A DNA stretch of 62,080 nt, counting the filler, from Candidatus Rokuibacteriota bacterium (GTDB taxonomy: Bacteria; JAUVQV01; DATDCY01), in assembly GCA_031406795.1 (NCBI GenBank). It is 8 parts of 8 records of this genome, joined end to end, with 100 filler letters (N's around TTAATTAATTAA, not from the genome) between each part and the next. Parts side by side here need not be neighbours in the genome. Positions count along the whole stretch, not along the records: positions 17,457 to 37,885 come from JANOHV010000128.1; positions 37,986 to 41,539 come from JANOHV010000150.1; positions 41,640 to 48,677 come from JANOHV010000185.1; 5 more parts are not named here. The stretch is one strand, 5' to 3'. The notes beneath the pieces are model-generated. The model saw only the letters and a list, made by a program, of their open reading frames with translations, ran no database searches and had not been told where the DNA came from. Positions 30,910 through 42,114 of this stretch are shown in pieces. A program made the translations under genes and the position numbers. How positions within the stretch are numbered: position 1 is the first letter of the stretch; each line of letters begins with the position of its first letter.

Positions 30910-31689
30910 ATGAATCCGATGCGCTTGATCGCGGTAGCGGCGGCATTCGCTGCGCTGGCACTGACCGGCGGGCCCGTGTCCGCCTCCGAGACAGACGAGC
31001 AGATCGAAAGAACCGCCAAGAATTCGTTCGTCTTCAGGACCTATCTGAAGAACGATGACATCAGAATCAAGTCCAAGGACGGCGTCGTCACGTTGACGGG
31101 GACTGTTTCCGAAGAACCCAGCATCTTTATGGCGCAGGAGGCCGTTTCGAGCCAGCGCGGCGTCAAGAGCGTGGACAACAAGCTGGAAATCAAGGGTCTG
31201 CGCCCTGCCGAGAACTCGGATGGGTGGATTGCCGCGCGCGTGAAGACCGTGCTCTTCTTCCACCGCAGCGTCAGCGGCATCAAGACCGAGGTTTCCGTGA
31301 AGGACGGCGTCGTCACCCTGGGCGGCGAGGCGCAAACCCAGGCGCAGCGGGAATTGACGACCGAGTATGCCAGGGATGTCGAAGGGGTCAAGGACGTCAG
31401 GAACCAGATGACGGTTTCGAAGGCGCCGAAGGCAGGCAAGGAAACAATCGGCGACAAGATCGACGATGCTTCCATCACCTCCCAGGTCAAGCTGTCGCTG
31501 CTGTTTCATCGCTCGACCAAAGTCCTCAAAACCCACGTCGAGACCGACAACGGCGTCGTCGTGCTGACAGGGACCGCCGGGAGCACCGCGGAAAAGGATC
31601 TGGTGAGCAAACTCGTCGAGGACATCAACGGTGTGACGAAGGTCGACAACCGGATGACCGTGTCGGATTCCAAGTCAAAGGCGAAATGA
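30910..31689 (+). CDS. Periplasmic protein with three BON domains (OsmY-like)
   Basis: Signal peptide; three repeats of D..I..-DGVVTL.G-GVK.V.N. Confidence 0.92.
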   Translation: MNPMRLIAVAAAFAALALTGGPVSASETDEQIERTAKNSFVFRTYLKNDDIRIKSKDGVVTLTGTVSEEPSIFMAQEAVSSQRGVKSVDNKLEIKGLRPAENSDGWIAARVKTVLFFHRSVSGIKTEVSVKDGVVTLGGEAQTQAQRELTTEYARDVEGVKDVRNQMTVSKAPKAGKETIGDKIDDASITSQVKLSLLFHRSTKVLKTHVETDNGVVVLTGTAGSTAEKDLVSKLVEDINGVTKVDNRMTVSDSKSKAK

Positions 31690-31792
31690 GCGAATTGCTC
31701 CCGCACCCGATGAACGATACCAGGAGCACCGGGGAGTCCTGGCCGAAAGCGGCTGATTCGGCCCGCCCCGAACTTGCGGAAGGAGTGACGTC

Positions 31793-31984
31793 ATGCCTTT
31801 GATCAACCTGGTCGTGGTCCTGGTTGTCGTCGGGGTCATTCTGTGGGTCATCAACAGCTACATCCCGATGCAGTCGACCATCAAGCGGATATTGAACGTG
31901 GTCGTGGTCCTGGTCGTGATCTTCTGGCTGCTGAGTGTCTTCGGGCTCATCGGGGACATCTCGAGTATTCGCGTCGGTAAGTGA
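31793..31984 (+). CDS. Small membrane protein (Thivi_2564-like)
   Basis: MPLINLVVVLVVVGVILWVINSYIPMQSTIKRILNVVV; AAGGAG SD. Confidence 0.8.
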   Translation: MPLINLVVVLVVVGVILWVINSYIPMQSTIKRILNVVVVLVVIFWLLSVFGLIGDISSIRVGK

Positions 31985-32024
31985 GCGGTCGGGAACCACA
32001 TTACTCACCTGAAAGGAGAACGCC

Positions 32025-32171
32025 ATGTTGTGGACTATTGCGGTGATCCTGATCGTTCTGTGGTTGCTCGGGATGGTGAGCAGTTACACGATGGGGGGGT
32101 TCATTCACATCCTGGTCGTGGTAGCCGTGGTGATGGTGCTGGTCAACATCATCGGCGGACGCCGAGGCTAG
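32025..32171 (+). CDS. lmo0937-family membrane peptide (absent from ORF track)
   Basis: MLWTIAVILIVLWLLGMVSSYTMGGFIHILVVVAVVMVLVNIIGGRRG*; AAAGGAG SD. Confidence 0.88.
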   Translation: MLWTIAVILIVLWLLGMVSSYTMGGFIHILVVVAVVMVLVNIIGGRRG

Positions 32172-32220
32172 CTGCGGAAGGTTCTCGCCCCGCAGGGCGG
32201 CAACGGAAAGGCGGAGCACC

Positions 32221-32433
32221 ATGAAAATTCTGGGCATCCTGCTGATCGTGATCGGCATCGTCGCCTTCGCGTATCAGGGAATCAACTACACGACCCGGGA
32301 GAAGGTCGTCGACATCGGGCCCATCCACATGAGTGCCGACAAGACGAGGACTCTGCCTCTGGGACCGATAGTCGGGGTTGCCGCGCTCGCGGGCGGTATT
32401 GCATTGCTGGTCCTGGGGAACAGGAAGAGTTGA
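32221..32433 (+). CDS. Small two-TM protein (DUF3185-like)
   Basis: GILLIVIGIVAFAYQGINYTTREKVVDIGP...PIVG. Confidence 0.75.
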   Translation: MKILGILLIVIGIVAFAYQGINYTTREKVVDIGPIHMSADKTRTLPLGPIVGVAALAGGIALLVLGNRKS

Positions 32434-32471
32434 CGGGAAGCCCTTCACCGGGCCGAAAGGAACGATTCGCG

Positions 32472-34226
32472 ATGAAGCTGAAATTTGCTTTGCCCTTGTT
32501 CGCGTGCCTGGCACTCACGCTCAACGCCCCTGCCGCGAGCGGCCAGTACATCTCCCGCGACGGGGCGCAGAGCAGCGCACAGAGCGGAACCGCCGGCAAC
32601 CCCGGGGGCCTCGGGCTGGCGTTCGTGACCTACTTGAGCGGCGAGTCGCTGCTCATGAGCGAGGAGGACGAGGACTGGGTCGCCCTGTCGACGAATCTCT
32701 CGCTGCGGATCGGCGACCGGGTCTGGGCCCAGGATGACGCCAAGATCGAGATCCGTTTCCCTCTGGGCGCGACGGCCTGGGTGAACTACCAGTCCGAACT
32801 CGACCTGACCCGGATGGAGCGGGGCAGCCGGGGCGAGATCGTGCAACTGGCCCTCGTCTCCGGCGAAGCCGCCTTCGACGTGAAGGGATTCGGCCGGTCC
32901 GGCTCCGTCTTCCAGGTGGATCTGCCGAATGCCTCGATCCGCGCCACCCGTGCGGCCCGCTTCCGGGTCAACACGCTGCCCGACGGCACCGCCCAGATCG
33001 GCGTCATCAGCGGTTCGCTCGTGCTCGAAACCCCGGACGGCCTCACCGATGTGAGCGGGGGCCATCTGGCCGAGGTCCAGCCCGATCAGCGGGTGCTTCT
33101 GGATTTCCTGCCGGTCGAAGACGAGTGGGACGACTGGGTGCGGTCGCGAGCGGCAATCTACGACCGGCCGGCCGCCAGCAAGCGCTATCTCCCGGCCGAT
33201 CTGTCTTCGTACGCCCACGAGTTTGACGCCTCCGGGCGCTGGGTCGCCGACCGGACCCATGGCTCCGTCTGGGTACCGGCTGTCGAGCGGGGCTGGTCGC
33301 CGTATTCCAACGGCCGCTGGGTCTGGCAGGCGAATGACTACGTCTGGTTGTCGTATGACCCCTGGTACGCCCCGTTCCATTTCGGCAGGTGGAGTTGGGG
33401 CGCTTCCATCGGCTGGTTCTGGATCGTCCCGCAGGGAAGAGCCTACTGGTCGCCGGGTTACGTCGGCTGGTCGGTCGTCGAGGACGAAGTCTCCTGGGTT
33501 CCCCTCGGGCACAACGAGGTCTACTACGGGTACGGGAACTTCGGTCCCCGCAGCGTGAACGTGTCGGCGACGACCAACGTCAACGTGACCACGGTCTATG
33601 TCAACAGCAGGGTGACCAATGGTGTCGTGGCGGTCAGGAAGGACAATTTTCTGCGCGGCAGGATCAGGGAGGAGCGAATCGCCCCGGCGCGAAACCCGTT
33701 CGATCGACCTGGTTCAAGAGAGGTGAGCATCATCGGCCGGCCGCCGGTTCGGGAAATCAAGCCGATTCGGGAAACCCGCCAGCCGCGGCCGGAAGTCCAG
33801 ATCAAGCCCAGCTCATTGCCGCCGGTGCGACTCCAGAGGGAGTCCCTCGCCATCAGAAAAAGGGTCGTCGCCCCGACCAGGGAGAGGTCGGTTTTCAAAC
33901 CCGGCAACAAGCCGTCGGTCCTCCGGAACATCGTGAAGGAGAAGGAACTGGAGCAGTGGGTTGCGCCCGGGAAGCGCAAGACGCCTCGGAGCCCGGTCGC
34001 TCCTCAGTCGACGGAAGCCCTGAAAAAGGTCCGGTCGCCCGAGAAGCCGGCGGTGCCGGCCGGCAAGCGCCAGTTCAAACGGCTGCCCGAGCCGCGGGGA
34101 GAGGAAAATGTGACTCCCGCCTCAGCGCGAGAACCCGAGGAGCGACCGAATCGCGAAAAGGACAAGCGGGGCTCCGACGAGTCGCGCAAGAACGAAGACA
34201 AACGGGGCGGCAAGGGCAAGAAGTGA
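32472..34226 (+). CDS. Exported FecR-domain protein with Trp-rich DUF6600-like region and charged tail
   Basis: Signal peptide, FecR-like beta region, DEWDDW, WSPYSNGRW, WYAPFHFGRW, VSWVPLG. Confidence 0.75.
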   Translation: MKLKFALPLFACLALTLNAPAASGQYISRDGAQSSAQSGTAGNPGGLGLAFVTYLSGESLLMSEEDEDWVALSTNLSLRIGDRVWAQDDAKIEIRFPLGATAWVNYQSELDLTRMERGSRGEIVQLALVSGEAAFDVKGFGRSGSVFQVDLPNASIRATRAARFRVNTLPDGTAQIGVISGSLVLETPDGLTDVSGGHLAEVQPDQRVLLDFLPVEDEWDDWVRSRAAIYDRPAASKRYLPADLSSYAHEFDASGRWVADRTHGSVWVPAVERGWSPYSNGRWVWQANDYVWLSYDPWYAPFHFGRWSWGASIGWFWIVPQGRAYWSPGYVGWSVVEDEVSWVPLGHNEVYYGYGNFGPRSVNVSATTNVNVTTVYVNSRVTNGVVAVRKDNFLRGRIREERIAPARNPFDRPGSREVSIIGRPPVREIKPIRETRQPRPEVQIKPSSLPPVRLQRESLAIRKRVVAPTRERSVFKPGNKPSVLRNIVKEKELEQWVAPGKRKTPRSPVAPQSTEALKKVRSPEKPAVPAGKRQFKRLPEPRGEENVTPASAREPEERPNREKDKRGSDESRKNEDKRGGKGKK

Positions 34227-34254
34227 TCGAGGGTGTGGAGAGACCTGGACCGTA

Positions 34255-34962
34255 ATGTCGCCGACGTTCGAGCGGGACAAGACCGTGCGGATCGAGGCGT
34301 TCAGCGATGGTGTTTTCGCAATCGCGATCACGTTGCTGGTCCTCGGGATCACCATCCCGAGGACCAGCGACCTCGATGCCGGCGGCAGTCTCGGCTCGAT
34401 GCTGATGAAACTGTGGCCCCACTACCTGGCTTTCGTGACGAGTTTCATCACCATCCTCGCCCAATGGGTCAACCATCACCGGATCTTCAGTTTCATCCAG
34501 AGAACCGACCACCAATTCCTCTACTGGAACGGCTCGTTGCTGCTCTTCATCACCTTCATGCCGTTTCCGACCGCCCTGCTGGCGGAATTCCTGCTGCACT
34601 CCGAGGCTCGGATTGCCGGCTCGGTATTTGCGGGCACCTACGTCGCGACTGCGTTCGCGTTCAAGGGGCTGTGGCACCACGCTTCGAAAAACGGCAGACT
34701 TCTGGCGCAAAACGTCGACGGCAATGAAATCCGGCGGATTACCCAACAATACCGGTTCGGACCGTTGTTGTACCTTGCGGCATTTGCGCTGTCGTTCCTG
34801 TCGGTCTATCTGAGCTTCGGAGTGTGTTTGTACCTGTCGGTGTTCTTCGCCCTCAAGGGCTGGCCGACAATCCGTGCCGCCAGGTGCCGCGCCGAGCGGT
34901 CCGTGACGGACCCGGTCGACCGGCAGTCCGGGGCGGCACCGAACCCAGGGGAACGGGGATAA
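34255..34962 (+). CDS. TMEM175-family (DUF1211) potassium channel
   Basis: RIEAFSDGVFAIAITLLVL, W.NHH.IF, FMPFPT. Confidence 0.92.
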   Translation: MSPTFERDKTVRIEAFSDGVFAIAITLLVLGITIPRTSDLDAGGSLGSMLMKLWPHYLAFVTSFITILAQWVNHHRIFSFIQRTDHQFLYWNGSLLLFITFMPFPTALLAEFLLHSEARIAGSVFAGTYVATAFAFKGLWHHASKNGRLLAQNVDGNEIRRITQQYRFGPLLYLAAFALSFLSVYLSFGVCLYLSVFFALKGWPTIRAARCRAERSVTDPVDRQSGAAPNPGERG

Positions 34963-35073
34963 GCAGCGGAACATTCGCAGGCACCGGCTCCACAGTTCCC
35001 GAGTCCGGCCCGCACTTTGTTATGGTACATTCGACCGGGTCCGCCGACGGGCAGGCGGGGAAACGGGGGGCAC

Positions 35074-37885
35074 ATGGGTAGAAGAACGATTACGGTCGAC
35101 GGGTGCGCAGCCTGCGCGCACGTCGTGCACGCCACGAACGAGATCATCACGATCTATCCGATCACCCCTTCCACGCCGATCGCGGAGATCTGCGACGCCT
35201 GGAGTTCCGCCGGCCGCAAGAACATCTGGGGAAGCGTCCCCCGGGTCAGCCAGATGCAGTCCGAGGGGGGCGTGGCCGGCGCGGTGCACGGCTCGCTGAG
35301 CACCGGCGCGCTGGCAACGACGGTCTCCGCCTCCCAGGGACTGTTGCTGATCATCCCCGCGATGTACAAGATCGCCGGCGAACTGACCCCGGCCGTTTTC
35401 CACGTCACGGCCCGCTCACTGGCCTGTCAGGGCCTCTCGATCTTCGGCGACCACTCCGATGTCATGGCCGCCCGCGGCACCGGCTTCGCGATGCTCTGCT
35501 CGCGCAGCGTCCAGGAGACCATGGACTTCGCGCTGATCGCGCAGGCCGCGACGCTCGAGGCGCGCATCCCGTTCCTGCACTTTTTCGACGGCTTCCGGAC
35601 GTCACACGAGATCCGCAAGATCGAAGAACTGACTTTCGACGACATGCGGGCGATGATCGACGACGCGCTGGTGATCGCCCACCGGACGCGGGGGCTCTCC
35701 CCCGACCGTCCGATGATCCGGGGGACGGCGCAGAACCCCGATGTCTACTTCCAGGGGCGGGAGACCGTGAACCCCTGGTACCAGGCCGCCCCCGGGATCG
35801 TCGCCCGGGCCATGGAACGGTTCGCCGGCATCACCGGCAGGCGCTACGGGCTCTTCGATTACGCCGGCGATCCCGAGGCCCGGCGGGTGATCGTGCTGAT
35901 GGGCTCCGCCGCGGAGACGGCGATCGCCACCGCCGAGGCGCTGAACGCCACGGGCGCGCGGGTCGGCGTCCTCACCGTGCGTCTCTTCCGCCCCTTCAGC
36001 GTCGAGGCTTTCGCGGCGGCCCTGCCCGCCTCGGTTCGCGCGATCGGGGTGCTCGACCGCACGAAGGAGCCGGGCGCCGCCGGGGAGCCATTGTACCTCG
36101 ACGTGTGCGCCGCGGCCGGCGAGGCCTTCGCGAGGGGTTTCGCGCCCTTCGGCGCGCTCCCGCGCATCGTTGGCGGCCGTTACGGCCTGGGTTCGAAGGA
36201 TTTCACTCCCGCGATGGTCAAGGCCGTCTTCGACACCCTCGCGGCCGAGGAGCCTCGCCGCCACTTTACGGTCGGGATCACCGACGACGTGAGCGGCACG
36301 AGCCTGCCCGTCGACCCGGGCTTCGTTCTCGAGGAGCCGGGCGCCTTCCGCGCGTTGTTCTTCGGCCTCGGCGCCGACGGGACCGTCGGCGCGAATAAGA
36401 GCACGATCAAGATCATCGGCTCCAAGACCGCGAACGCCGCACAGGGCTACTTCGTCTACGACTCGAAGAAATCCGGCGCGATGACCGTCTCGCACCTGCG
36501 CTTCGGCACCGAGGAGATCCGCCACCCCTACCTGGTCCCGCAGGCGAACTTCGTCGCCTGCCACAACCCGAGCTTTCTCGAGCGGTACGACATGCTCGCC
36601 GGCGCCGCCGCGGGCGGGGTGTTCCTGCTGACGACGGCGCATGGCAAGGACGAGGTCTGGGACACGCTGCCGCGCGAGGTCCAAGAGGGGCTGATCGCGA
36701 AGCGGATGCGCTTTTTCATCATCGACGCTATCGCCCTCGCCGAGGAGCTCGGCCTTGGCGCGCGCATCAACATCATCATGCAGACCGCGTTCTTCCTGAT
36801 CTCGGGAATCCTGCCGAAGGAGGAGGCCCTCGCGGCGATCAAGCAGCAGATCGGCGCGACGTACGGCAACAAGGGCCAGCGGATCGTCGACATGAATTAT
36901 GCCGCCGCCGAGCGCGCGCTCGAGCGGCTCGTCGAGGTGCCGGTGCCGCCGGCAGCGACGAGCACGCGGCGCCTGCGGCAACCCGTTCCCGACGACGCCC
37001 CGGAGTTCGTGCGCGCGGTCACGGGCCGCATGATCGCCGGCGAGGGGGATCTGCTGCCCGTCTCGGCGATGCCTCCCGACGGCACCTGGCCGACCGGGAC
37101 CACGCAGTACGAAAAGCGCAACATCGCCGTCCAGATCCCGGTCTGGGAACCGGGGATCTGCATCCAGTGCGGCCAGTGCTCGTTCGTCTGCCCCCACGCG
37201 ACGATCCGGATCAAGGCCTACGCGCCCGAGTCTCTGGCGCAGGCGCCGCCGACTTTCAAGTCCGTGGAGGCGAAGGGCAAGGCGCTCGCCGGGCTGCGCT
37301 TCACGGTCCAGGTCGCGCCGGAGGACTGCACCGGCTGCGGCCAGTGCGTCGACATCTGCCCGGCACACGGCAAGGACGCCGCCGGGGCGAAAGACCCGGC
37401 GTTCAAGGCGATCAACATGCGGCCCCAGGAGCCGCTGCGGGAGTCCGAGGCTGAGAATCTGCGTTTTTTCCTCGCGCTGCCCGAAACCGACCCGGCGCGC
37501 TTCGAACTGCTCACCGTCAAGGGCAGCCAGCTCGTCCGGCCGCTCTTCGAGTATCACGGCGCCTGCGCCGGCTGCGGCGAGACCCCGTACATCCGCCTGC
37601 TGACCCAGCTCTTCGGCGACCGGCTGCTGATCGGCAACGCCACGGGCTGCTCCTCGATCTACGGCGGCAATCTGCCCACGACGCCCTACACGAAGCGCGC
37701 GGACGGACGCGGCCCCGCCTGGTCGAACTCGCTCTTCGAGGACAACGCGGAGTTCGCCCTCGGCATGCGCCAGACGGTGGACCGCTTCCGCATCCAGGCG
37801 CTGGAGGCGCTCGAGCGCCTCGTCGCGGGCGGCGGCGGCGGCGCCGACCTCGAGGAGCTCGCGCGCGCGATCCGCGCGGCCGACC
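35074..37885 (+). CDS. nifJ: Pyruvate:ferredoxin (flavodoxin) oxidoreductase, single-chain type (3' truncated)
   Basis: IYPITPS, MQSEGG, FFDGFRTSHE, GLGADGTVGANK, CIQCGQCSFVCP, CTGCGQCVDICP, GACAGCGETPY, NATGCSSIYGG. Confidence 0.97.
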
Positions 37886-37985
37886 NNNNNNNNNNNNNNN
37901 NNNNNNNNNNNNNNNNNNNNNNNNNNNNNTTAATTAATTAANNNNNNNNNNNNNNNNNNNNNNNNNNNNNNNNNNNNNNNNNNNN
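37886..37985. other. Artificial contig-joining spacer
   Basis: N-run + TTAATTAATTAA + N-run, 100 nt. Confidence 0.98.
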
Positions 37986-38013
37986 CCCCGCGACTGTTTT
38001 GTAATATTCGGTG

Positions 38014-38152
38014 CCGGGGGCATTCTGGTGCGTAAGGATGCGTTCGGGCAAGGCGGCGAAATCGGCGCGGGGTGGCGATATCGGTGTGCGCCGAACATGC
38101 GACGCGCGGAGCAACGCCGCCGGGGCGCATCAGGGCCTCCTGAATGCCCCGG
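38014..38152. repeat. MITE/REP-like inverted-repeat element upstream of ftsW
   Basis: CCGGGGGCATTC (38014-38025) / GAATGCCCCGG (38142-38152) plus inner imperfect arms GATGCG..GGCGGC / GCCGCC..CGCATC. Confidence 0.55.
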
Positions 38153-38173
38153 GCGTCCACGGGGAGCGCGCCG

Positions 38174-39292
38174 ATGCCTAGGCAGGCGCGGACGGACATC
38201 TGGCTGGTGCTGCCGGTGACGCTGCTGGTCATCCTCGGGATCGTGATGATCTACAGCGCCAGCGCGTTCGTCGCGGTGAAAAAGAACCAGCCGCAGTACT
38301 ACTTCCTCGTGCGCCAGCTCCTCTGGACCGCGATCGGCGCTGCGGCTCTGGCGCTGGTCAACCGCGTGGACTACCGCTCCTACCAGCGTTGGGCCCGGCT
38401 CTCGGCCGCCGGGGTCGTCCTGCTGCTGGTGGGCGTGCTCGTGCCCTTCATCGGACACTTCAAGGGCGGGGTGCGCCGCTGGATCGGGCTCGGCCCGGTC
38501 GACTTCCAGCCCTCCGAACTGGCCAAGATCGGGCTGATGATCTTTCTCGCGGCGGTGCTCTCCGCCAAACGCGAATCCTTCCTGAAAAAGGGCTGGAAGG
38601 CGATCCTCCCGGAGCTGGGGGTCGTCGGGCTCTGCCTCGTGCTGATCATGTTCGAGCCGGACCTCGGCACGACCATCACCCTCGCCGCCTCGCTCGGCGC
38701 GTTGCTTTTCGTCGGCGGGCTGCGTCTGCGCCCGCTGCTGCTCTGTGGGGGGGGCGGGCTGCTCGCGGTCGGCCTTTCGCTTTATTTCAACGCCTACCAG
38801 CGCGCCCGGGTCAGCACTTTCCTCGACCCGTGGAGCGTGGCGCAGGGCAAGGGTTACCAGACGGTGCAGGCCTTCCTCGCGCTCGGCCGCGGCGGCCTCT
38901 CCGGCACCGGGCCCGCGGGCAGCCGGCAGAAACTCTTCTTCCTGCCGGCCCCGCACACGGATTTCATTCTCGCGGTGATCGGCGAGGAACTCGGTTTCAT
39001 CGGGCTGGTGCTCGTCGTCGGGCTCTTCGGCGTCATCCTCTGGCGCGGGATGCGCATCGCGCTGCGGGCGCCGGACCTGTTCGGCACCTACCTGGCGTTT
39101 GGTCTGACGTTCTGTCTCTTTCTCCAGGCCGTGATCAACATCATGGTCGTCGCCGGTCTGATGCCGACCAAGGGGTTGACGCTGCCGTTCCTGAGTTACG
39201 GCGGAACCTCGCTGGTGGCGAGTCTGGTTTCCGTCGGCATCCTGCTGAACATTTCTCAGCACGGCGTGTCGGTCAAATCGGACGCAGCGTGA
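38174..39292 (+). CDS. ftsW: Peptidoglycan glycosyltransferase FtsW
   Basis: IYSAS, RRWI.LG..FQPSELAK, EPDLGT, LPAPHTDFILAVIGEELG, PTKGLTLPFLSYGG. Confidence 0.97.
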   Translation: MPRQARTDIWLVLPVTLLVILGIVMIYSASAFVAVKKNQPQYYFLVRQLLWTAIGAAALALVNRVDYRSYQRWARLSAAGVVLLLVGVLVPFIGHFKGGVRRWIGLGPVDFQPSELAKIGLMIFLAAVLSAKRESFLKKGWKAILPELGVVGLCLVLIMFEPDLGTTITLAASLGALLFVGGLRLRPLLLCGGGGLLAVGLSLYFNAYQRARVSTFLDPWSVAQGKGYQTVQAFLALGRGGLSGTGPAGSRQKLFFLPAPHTDFILAVIGEELGFIGLVLVVGLFGVILWRGMRIALRAPDLFGTYLAFGLTFCLFLQAVINIMVVAGLMPTKGLTLPFLSYGGTSLVASLVSVGILLNISQHGVSVKSDAA

Positions 39293-40398
39293 TGCAGACG
39301 CAACGGACCTTCGGGCTGGCGGTGGCCGGCGGCGGGACGGGGGGACACATCTTCCCCGGCCTCGCGGTGGCCCGCGAATTCCGCCGTCGCGAACCGGGAG
39401 CCCGGGTGCTCTACCTCGGCGCGGCTGGCCGACTCGAGGAGCGGGTCGTGCCGCGCGAGGGGCCGGCCGTGCGTTTTCACGGCCTGCGGGTGCGTGGTCT
39501 GAAGGGGCAGGGTCCGTTGGGGGCCGTCACGGCTCTGGTGCTCGCTGCTCGCGCCGTCGCGGAGTGCCGCCGCGAAATCGCCGCGTTCGGCGCCGACCTG
39601 CTGCTCGGCACCGGCGGCTACTCCTCGGGGCCTGCGGCAGTTGCCGCCCGCACGCTGGGCATTCCCGTGGTGCTGCAGGAGCAGAACGCCGTCCCGGGGT
39701 TGACCAACCGTCTTCTCGGCCGAATCGCCCGGAAGGTCTTCATTGCCTTCGAACCGGCGCGGCGCTTTTTCCCCGCAGGCCGCACGATCCTGGCCGGCAA
39801 CCCTGTCCGCGAGGAAGCGCTGGGCGCGAGAACCGAAATCGGTCGCGGTGCCGGCCTGCGCCTGCTGGTGCTCGGCGGGAGCCAGGGGGCCCGGGGCGTG
39901 AACCGGCTGGTGGCCGGCGCGCTGCCGTCGCTGGCGGCCGCGGGGCTGGATCTCTCCTTTGTCCACCAGAGCGGCGAACCCGAGCGCGAGTCTGTGGCGG
40001 CCGCCTACCGGGCGGCCGGTCTGTCCGCCGAGGTCGCTTCGTTCTTCGACATGATGGGCGAGCGCTACGGCGCGGCCGACCTGGTTATCGCGCGGGCCGG
40101 CGCCGGGACGATCGCCGAGATCGCGGCCAACGGTCGTCCGGCGATTCTCATCCCTTACCCGCACGCGGCCGGGGATCACCAGCGCGTCAACGCCCGCTGG
40201 CTCGCGGATCGCGGCGGGGCGCTGCTGGTCGAGGAGCAGGCCGCCGACGCACCGGCTGAACTGGCCCGGGCGATCAGCGTGCTGGCAGGCGACCGGGAGC
40301 GGCTGCGCCTGATGGCGGGCGCGAGCGCCGCGGTCGGTGTGCGCGACGCCGCGGCGCGAATCGTCGACGAATGTCGGCGCCTGCTCGGGCGAACGTAG
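39292..40398 (+). CDS. murG: Lipid I N-acetylglucosamine transferase MurG
   Basis: AGGGTGGHIFPG, GTGGY, EQNAVPG.TN, GGSQGA, RAGAGT.AE, HQRVNA. Confidence 0.97.
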   Translation: MQTQRTFGLAVAGGGTGGHIFPGLAVAREFRRREPGARVLYLGAAGRLEERVVPREGPAVRFHGLRVRGLKGQGPLGAVTALVLAARAVAECRREIAAFGADLLLGTGGYSSGPAAVAARTLGIPVVLQEQNAVPGLTNRLLGRIARKVFIAFEPARRFFPAGRTILAGNPVREEALGARTEIGRGAGLRLLVLGGSQGARGVNRLVAGALPSLAAAGLDLSFVHQSGEPERESVAAAYRAAGLSAEVASFFDMMGERYGAADLVIARAGAGTIAEIAANGRPAILIPYPHAAGDHQRVNARWLADRGGALLVEEQAADAPAELARAISVLAGDRERLRLMAGASAAVGVRDAAARIVDECRRLLGRT

Positions 40399-40411
40399 AG
40401 GGGAACGGGAC

Positions 40412-41539
<1,128 letters not shown>

Positions 41540-41639
41540 NNNNNNNNNNNNNNNNNNNNNNNNNNNNNNNNNNNNNNNNNNNNTTAATTAATTAANNNNN
41601 NNNNNNNNNNNNNNNNNNNNNNNNNNNNNNNNNNNNNNN
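41540..41639. other. Artificial contig-joining spacer
   Basis: N-run + TTAATTAATTAA + N-run, 100 nt. Confidence 0.98.
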
Positions 41640-41640
41640 G

Positions 41641-42108
41641 CTCAAGGGCGCGATCTCCGACGACGTGGCGGCCTGGGGCATCGTCGTCAAGACCGTCGAG
41701 ATCCAGGACATCAAGCCCTCGCCGACGATGCAGATGGCGATGGAGCAGCAGGCCGCGGCCGAGCGCACCCGCCGCGCCGCGATCACGGAGGCCGAGGGCA
41801 AGAAGTCCGCGGCGATCCTGATGGCGGAGGGCGCGAAGGAGGCGGCGATCCGCGAGGCCGAGGGGAAGCTCGAGGCCTCGCGCCGCGACGCGGAGGCCAA
41901 GATCATCATGGCCGAGGCCAACCGCGAGGCGATCGCGCGGGTGACGACGGCGTTCGGAGACAAGGAATTGCCGGCTCTGTACCTGCTCGGGGAACGCTAC
42001 ATCGACGCGGTGCGCCTGCTGGCGAATTCGCCGAACGCCAAGACCCTGATGCTGCCCGCCGACGTGCTGCACGCGGTGCAGGGCCTGCTGGGGCGCGCGA
42101 AAACGTAG
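41641..42108 (+). CDS. SPFH/band-7 (QmcA/paraslipin-like) protein C-terminus, 5' truncated
   Basis: WGI.V..VEIQDI.P...AME.Q..AER.RRA.I.EAEG, YI.A...LA.SPN.K..LP. Confidence 0.88.
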   Translation, partial: LKGAISDDVAAWGIVVKTVEIQDIKPSPTMQMAMEQQAAAERTRRAAITEAEGKKSAAILMAEGAKEAAIREAEGKLEASRRDAEAKIIMAEANREAIARVTTAFGDKELPALYLLGERYIDAVRLLANSPNAKTLMLPADVLHAVQGLLGRAKT

Positions 42109-42114
42109 GAGTAG

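Noticed and set aside
35098-35125. CAACAH near the PFOR N-terminus as a possible heme site
   Set aside because: CxxCxH rather than CxxCH, in a cytoplasmic enzyme; variant of the DGNxAxA segment
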